From an uncultured Bacilli bacterium (GTDB lineage: Bacteria > Bacillota_I > Bacilli_A > RF39 > UBA660): a DNA stretch of 64,000 nt. Each line of letters opens with the position of its first letter. The first letter of the stretch is position 1. The DNA is taken from NCBI GenBank assembly GCA_934153675.1, contig CAKPFG010000002.1, forward strand, positions 107,748-171,747. Direction: 5' to 3'. A program made the translations under genes and the position numbers. Positions 59,746 to 64,000 of the stretch are shown here, one piece after another. The notes below the pieces were generated by a model. That model did no database searches. It saw only the letters and a program-made list of their open reading frames with translations, and was not told the origin of the DNA.

Positions 59746-60735
59746 ATGTTTTCAAAGGATATAGGAATAGATTTAGGAACAGCTAATGTATTAATTTATA
59801 TTAAGGGTCAGGGAATAGTTCTTAATGAACCTAGTATAGTAGCAATAGATGCTGAAACAAAAAAACCTTTAGCAGTAGGACATGAAGCAAGGGAAATGTT
59901 TGGGCGAACTCCGGGAAGTGTTAAGGCAATTCGTCCTATGAAGGATGGCGTAATAGCTGATTTTGAAATCACGGAAATGATGTTAAATAGTTTTATAAAA
60001 AAAGTAAATGGTAAATCTTTTTTTTCAAGGCCTAGAATTTTAATATGTTGTCCTTCAAATATTACACAGGTAGAAAAAAATGCTATTAAAGAGGCTGCTG
60101 AAAGAACAGGAGCAAGGAAAGTCTTTTTAGAAGTAGAACCGAAAGTAGCAGCAATCGGAGCCGGTATGGATATATCTAAACCTAGTGGCAATATGGTCAT
60201 TGATGTTGGTGGTGGTACTACTGATATAGCTATTCTTTCTTTGGGTGGAATTGTAACAAGTTCATCAATTAAAATAGCTGGTAATGTATTTGATGCTGAT
60301 ATAGTGAAATATATAAAAGACAAATATAAGCTTTTGATTGGCGAAAGAACTGCTGAAGATATTAAGTTTACTATTGGCTCGGTATTTCCTGGCAGTAGAA
60401 ATGAAAAAATGGAGGTTAAAGGTAGAGACTTAGTGACTGGTCTTCCACACACTGTGACCATTACTTCAGATGAAATTGAGGAATCCTTAAGGGAAAGTGT
60501 TTATGAAATTATTCATGCTACTAAAAATGTATTAGAACAAACACCACCAGAACTTTCAGCAGATATTATAGATAAAGGTATTGTAGTAACTGGTGGTGGT
60601 GCACTTATTCATGGATTTGATGAATTGCTTTCACATGAATTAAAGGTTCCTGTTTTTGTTGCAGAAAGCCCTCTTACTTGTGTAGTAGAGGGAACGGGAA
60701 TTTTACTTGATAATCTACATTTAATAGGAAAATAA
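59746..60735 (+). CDS. mreB: rod shape-determining protein MreB/Mbl
   Basis: DIGIDLGTANVLIY, actin-fold phosphate motifs DVGGGTTD, VTGGGALI. Confidence 0.93.
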   Translation: MFSKDIGIDLGTANVLIYIKGQGIVLNEPSIVAIDAETKKPLAVGHEAREMFGRTPGSVKAIRPMKDGVIADFEITEMMLNSFIKKVNGKSFFSRPRILICCPSNITQVEKNAIKEAAERTGARKVFLEVEPKVAAIGAGMDISKPSGNMVIDVGGGTTDIAILSLGGIVTSSSIKIAGNVFDADIVKYIKDKYKLLIGERTAEDIKFTIGSVFPGSRNEKMEVKGRDLVTGLPHTVTITSDEIEESLRESVYEIIHATKNVLEQTPPELSADIIDKGIVVTGGGALIHGFDELLSHELKVPVFVAESPLTCVVEGTGILLDNLHLIGK

Positions 60736-60756
60736 TAAAAAAATAGAAAAAAAGTA

Positions 60757-60785
60757 TTGCAATTTCAATGAAAATATTATATACT
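60757..60785 (+). promoter_or_regulatory. sigma-A type promoter of the tRNA cluster
   Basis: TTGCAA (60757..60762), 17 nt spacer, TATACT (60780..60785), about 35 nt before tRNA-Leu. Confidence 0.6.
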
Positions 60786-60819
60786 TAATGAGTAATTTGA
60801 TCTTTTGATTGAATTATGT

Positions 60820-60908
60820 GCCTGAGTGGCGAAATTGGTAGACGCACAGGACTTAAAATCCTGCGGGAGTCAAATCCCGTGCCGGTTCAAGTCCGGCCTT
60901 AGGCACCA
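60820..60908 (+). tRNA. tRNA-Leu (anticodon UAA)
   Basis: Hand-folded cloverleaf: acceptor GCCTGAG/CTTAGGC, anticodon arm CAGGA-CTTAAAA-TCCTG, long variable arm, T-arm GCCGG-TTCAAGT-CCGGC, encoded CCA. Confidence 0.95.
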
Positions 60909-60912
60909 TAAT

Positions 60913-61003
60913 GGAGAAATAACCAAGTCTGGTTGAAGGTACCGGTCTTGAAAACCGGCAGGTCGGAAACGGCGCGGGGGTTCGAATCCCTCTTTCTCCG
61001 CCA
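60913..61003 (+). tRNA. tRNA-Ser (anticodon UGA)
   Basis: Acceptor GGAGAAA/TTTCTCC, anticodon arm CCGGT-CTTGAAA-ACCGG, long variable arm, TTCGAAT T-loop, CCA. Confidence 0.95.
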
Positions 61004-61021
61004 TTAAAATTTATATAATAT

Positions 61022-61098
<77 letters not shown>

Positions 61099-61101
61099 TT
61101 T

Positions 61102-61177
61102 GGTCCCGTGGTGTAGCGGTTATCACGTCTGCCTGTCACGCAGAAGATCGCGAGTTCGATTCTCGTCGGGACCGCCA
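61102..61177 (+). tRNA. tRNA-Asp (anticodon GUC)
   Basis: Acceptor GGTCCCG/CGGGACC, anticodon loop CTGTCAC, TTCGATT T-loop, CCA. Confidence 0.95.
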
Positions 61178-61185
61178 TTTTTTTT

Positions 61186-61261
61186 GGCTCTATAGCTCAG
61201 CAGGTAGAGCACAGGACTGAAAATCCTGGTGTCGGTGGTTCAACTCCACCTGGAGCCACCA
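61186..61261 (+). tRNA. tRNA-Phe (anticodon GAA)
   Basis: Acceptor GGCTCTA/TGGAGCC, anticodon arm CAGGA-CTGAAAA-TCCTG, TTCAACT T-loop, CCA. Confidence 0.95.
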
Positions 61262-61356
61262 TTTAAAATTCAAAGCTGGGGTACCGGCTTTTATTTGGAT
61301 ACTATATTGACTTATGTTAAAAAAAGTGGTAGTATTATAGGTGTCTTTGATGACTT

Positions 61357-61433
61357 GCGCTCGTAGCTCAGCTGGATAGAGTGTTTGGCTACGAACCAAA
61401 AGGTCAGGGGTTCGAATCCCTTCGAGCGCACCA
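61357..61433 (+). tRNA. tRNA-Arg (anticodon ACG)
   Basis: Acceptor GCGCTCG/CGAGCGC, anticodon arm TTTGG-CTACGAA-CCAAA, TTCGAAT T-loop, CCA. Confidence 0.95.
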
Positions 61434-61438
61434 TTTAT

Positions 61439-61515
61439 CGGGAAATGGCTCAACTTGGTAGAGCACTTGGTTTGGGACCAAGGGGTTGCAGGTTCAAATC
61501 CTGTTTTCCCGACCA
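61439..61515 (+). tRNA. tRNA-Pro (anticodon UGG)
   Basis: Acceptor CGGGAAA/TTTCCCG, anticodon arm CTTGG-TTTGGGA-CCAAG, TTCAAAT T-loop, CCA. Confidence 0.95.
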
Positions 61516-61525
61516 TTTAGATTAT

Positions 61526-61552
61526 AAAGCCTTGAATTTCAAGGCTTTTATA
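61526..61552 (+). terminator. hairpin terminator after the tRNA cluster
   Basis: AAAGCCTT (61526..61533) pairs with AAGGCTTT (61541..61548), loop GAATTTC, then T/A-rich tail. Confidence 0.5.
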
Positions 61553-61612
61553 ATGATTTGATACTCATAACCATTAAAAAATACTTAATTAATTATAATT
61601 ATTATTTTTGTT

Positions 61613-62350
61613 TTAATGAATTGATGATGGTGATATCTTATCTTCATCATTTGATAACATATGGGAATATATATTGAATGTCATTGATATGGGGGAATGT
61701 TCTAAGCGTTCTGAAATAACTATTATAACTACATTCTTTGATAATAATAAGGATGCATGACTATGTCTGAAGTTGTGTATTTTTATTTTTTTTATATTCG
61801 CTTTTTTATAATATATATCTTTATTTCTGCCAATAGTAGTTGGGGCAAGCAAATTTAATCCACCAAAGGTATAATATTCTTCATCGAATCCAATACATTT
61901 TTTATAAAATTGTTTTCATTTATTTAGATATAAATAATAATTTTTAAAATCTTTCCAAGTTAGTGCTAATGCTTCACCTTGTCTTAATTCAGTGTAATAT
62001 AATGTTTTAAATAATGCTTTATATACATTATTATCTATTACACTAATATATTTAGAATGTTCTTCATAAGTCCAAAAATCAACGTTTTTCTTCAATTTAG
62101 TTTTTCTTTTCAAATTTCCAGTTAAACTTGCTATATTTTCTTTCAATCCATAAAACTTAATTGCATAATTCAAAATATTAACCATAGTGATATGTAAACT
62201 TGTATTATATTTGTGCCTAAAACCTTTTCTTTCGAATTGCTTACGATTTTCATATATATCATCAACATAGACTCTAAATTTCTATTTTTTTTATTTTTTA
62301 GATACTAGCCCATAGCTTTGAAATGATTTTATAATTCTAAATAGGACATA
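61613..62350 (-). pseudogene. tyrosine recombinase (phage-type integrase) pseudogene abutting tRNA-Pro
   Basis: C-terminal ...IHNFRHSHASLLLSKNV...ISERLEHSPISMTFNIYSHM (H-x-x-R, LGHS-like, catalytic Y). Core ...YKALFKTLYYTELRQGEALALTWKDF. One in-frame TGA at 61916..61918 separates the two track ORFs. The segment between the W-D-F box and HxxR is far too short (internal deletion). N-terminal SAM-like region is broken by further stops and frame changes above 62280. Confidence 0.8.
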
Positions 62351-63028
62351 TACTTATCTCTTTTTCTACAAGTAACTTTTACTCACAATTGCATATTATC
62401 ATTCTTTAAAATTATTGTAAATATTCTTTTGTGAGGTTTAGTTACAAGAATATTGAAATTAAGTTCTATATAAGATAAAATGAATTTAGATTAAGGAGAA
62501 GAAGTCGATATGAAAAAGCAAAAGTATGAAAATTTAGCTGAAGCTATAAGTAATAGTAGAAAAAAATGGAAAAAACTGCTTTAAGTATATTATGAGTTTT
62601 AAAAGAAAAAACTACCGTATTTGCTTTTTTCCAAGCTTGAATGAATTCCTTCAATGAAGATGTTTCTAGAAGTTTATCATTCTTTACAAGATTAGATATG
62701 GATGTAATAGATAAAATGTGTAAGGAAGATATAAGAGAATCAAAAAAGATTTTAAAGATGGATTTATAATTATTTAAAAAGGTAAGAAAATATTTTTAAA
62801 AGTTGAATTAGAGGTATAATATGTATCATTTATAGAACAAATGACAAGAATAAAATTTATTACTTAATTTACAAATTGAATAAAATGTGATATATATAGT
62901 ATAGAGGTAATATTTTAAATGTTATTATATTAAATTTTTAGTAAATGAAATTTTAAAAATATTTTTGATAAAAAATAAAAAATCAAATATTGAAATTAAA
63001 TATACCTAAAATAGAAAAATGGTGATTT

Positions 63029-64000
63029 ATGAACTATATAGGATCGAAACATTCGATAGTGGATTTTTTAGAAGAATCTATTATTGATTTTATAGATGAT
63101 GATGCAAAGGTATTTTGTGATATATTTGCAGGTACAGGTGTTGTTGGTAAAAGATTTAAAAGTTTAGGTTACGATATCATTGCTAATGATAATCAGTACT
63201 ATAGTTTTGTTATAAATAAAAATATTTTAGAAAATAATACTTTTCCTATGTTTTCTAAATTGCGATTAAGAGGTATTGATGTTTTTAATTATTTAAATCA
63301 ATTAAAAAATTACAAGGGTTTTATATATAATAATTATACTTTAGAAGGTACTAAGAAAGGTCTTTATAGTAGATGTTATTTTACTGAAGAGAATGCTATA
63401 AAGATTGATTCAATGCGAAATCAAATAGAAAAATGGTATAAAAAAGAATTAATAGAAAAAAACGAGTATTATTATTTAGTTAGTTGTCTTTTGGAGTCCG
63501 CAGATAAAGTTGCCAACACAGCTTCTGTTTATGAAGCTTTTTTGAAAAAAATAAAAAAATCAGCTCAGAGAGTTATAGAGATTAAACCTTTAGATCTTAT
63601 TAATAATAAAATCAAATCAAAGGTTTATATAGAAGATGCTAATGAACTGGTAAAATGTATTAAAGGTGATATTCTTTATTTAGACCCACCATATAATACA
63701 AGAAAATACTCATCTAATTATCATATTCTTGAAACAATTGCTTATGGTGATTGTCCAATAATTAAAGGAAAAACAGGAGTTAGAACTGATCAAATATCTT
63801 CTGATTATAATAGAAAAAACAAGGTTAAAAACGCTTTGGATGATTTATTAAAAAACGCTTCTTTTAAATATATATTTTTAAGTTATAATGATGAGGGAAT
63901 TATGAGTTTAGATGAAATTGAGGAAATAATGAAAAAATATGGAATTTATAAAAGATATGAAAAAAATCATAAACGTTATAAAGCCAATAAAAATAGAGAA
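63029..64000 (+). CDS. N6-adenine DNA methyltransferase, D12/Dam-like class (3' end beyond window)
   Basis: Hand translation MNYIGSKHSIVDFLEESI...DIFAGTGVVGKRF (motif I FxGxG) ...GDILYLDPPYNTRKYSSNYH (motif IV DPPY). Frame open to the window edge. GGTGA SD. Absent from the ORF track because no stop lies in-window. Confidence 0.8.
   Translation, partial: MNYIGSKHSIVDFLEESIIDFIDDDAKVFCDIFAGTGVVGKRFKSLGYDIIANDNQYYSFVINKNILENNTFPMFSKLRLRGIDVFNYLNQLKNYKGFIYNNYTLEGTKKGLYSRCYFTEENAIKIDSMRNQIEKWYKKELIEKNEYYYLVSCLLESADKVANTASVYEAFLKKIKKSAQRVIEIKPLDLINNKIKSKVYIEDANELVKCIKGDILYLDPPYNTRKYSSNYHILETIAYGDCPIIKGKTGVRTDQISSDYNRKNKVKNALDDLLKNASFKYIFLSYNDEGIMSLDEIEEIMKKYGIYKRYEKNHKRYKANKNRE

Noticed and set aside
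59808-60461. 217-aa minus-strand ORF inside mreB. Similar antisense ORFs lie at 9427..9765 (gyrA), 11465..11929 (dnaX), 51802..52176 and 52213..52425 (ftsH), 294..536 (yidC), and 54435..54623 and 55332..55514 (FemAB gene).
   Set aside because: Each lies wholly antisense to a gene with unmistakable conserved motifs. The translations are low-complexity (S/I/L/F/P-rich) with no SD. They are typical shadow ORFs.
62511-62770. Small ORFs and frame fragments between the integrase pseudogene and the methyltransferase, considered as an excisionase, controller protein or toxin.
   Set aside because: No HTH or other motif is recognisable, the frames are interrupted by stops, and only one fragment has an SD. 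They are best treated as island debris.

Overview
Very AT-rich 64-kb window covering the chromosomal replication origin and right-hand ori-proximal region of a low-GC, endospore-forming Firmicute. It uses the standard genetic code: TGA is a stop and Trp is TGG. The core gene order is yidC-rnpA-rpmH (minus strand) | oriC | dnaA-dnaN-comK-like-recF-gyrB-gyrA-ffs-tadA-dnaX-ybaB-recR-bofA-holB-ricT ... rsmI-pth-mfd-spoVT-metG-tatD-rsmA-spoIIR ... fba-murA ... rpmE ... typA | parA-parB-mscS-DUF951-abgT ... ychF-yvcK-whiA-DHH-rplI-dnaB ... rlmH-tilS-ftsH ... spoIID-spoIIQ-like-spoIIID-mreB. A 7-tRNA cluster follows (Leu, Ser, fMet, Asp, Phe, Arg, Pro). Nearly everything is co-oriented with replication and is ordinary housekeeping or sporulation content. 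No CRISPR array, rRNA operon or intact mobile element is visible. Five things stand out. (1) A 421-aa protein with a type IV prepilin N-terminus, two tandem pilin-like repeats and a lectin-like C-terminus. Its last ~96 bp switch to ~50% G+C and NNC-type codons, which looks like a diversity-generating-retroelement (DGR) variable region, but no template repeat or reverse transcriptase is present in the window. A decayed paralog fragment lies 12 kb away. (2) Three perfect parS palindromes within 650 bp bracket a short 4.5S-type SRP RNA and tadA. (3) A ComK-family gene is wedged between dnaN and recF. (4) A promoter, 14-codon mini-ORF and terminator unit lies upstream of ychF. (5) A degraded tRNA-Pro-associated island holds an integrase pseudogene and an adenine DNA methyltransferase cut by the window edge. 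All functional calls rest on reading the translations and motifs by eye; no database search was possible.
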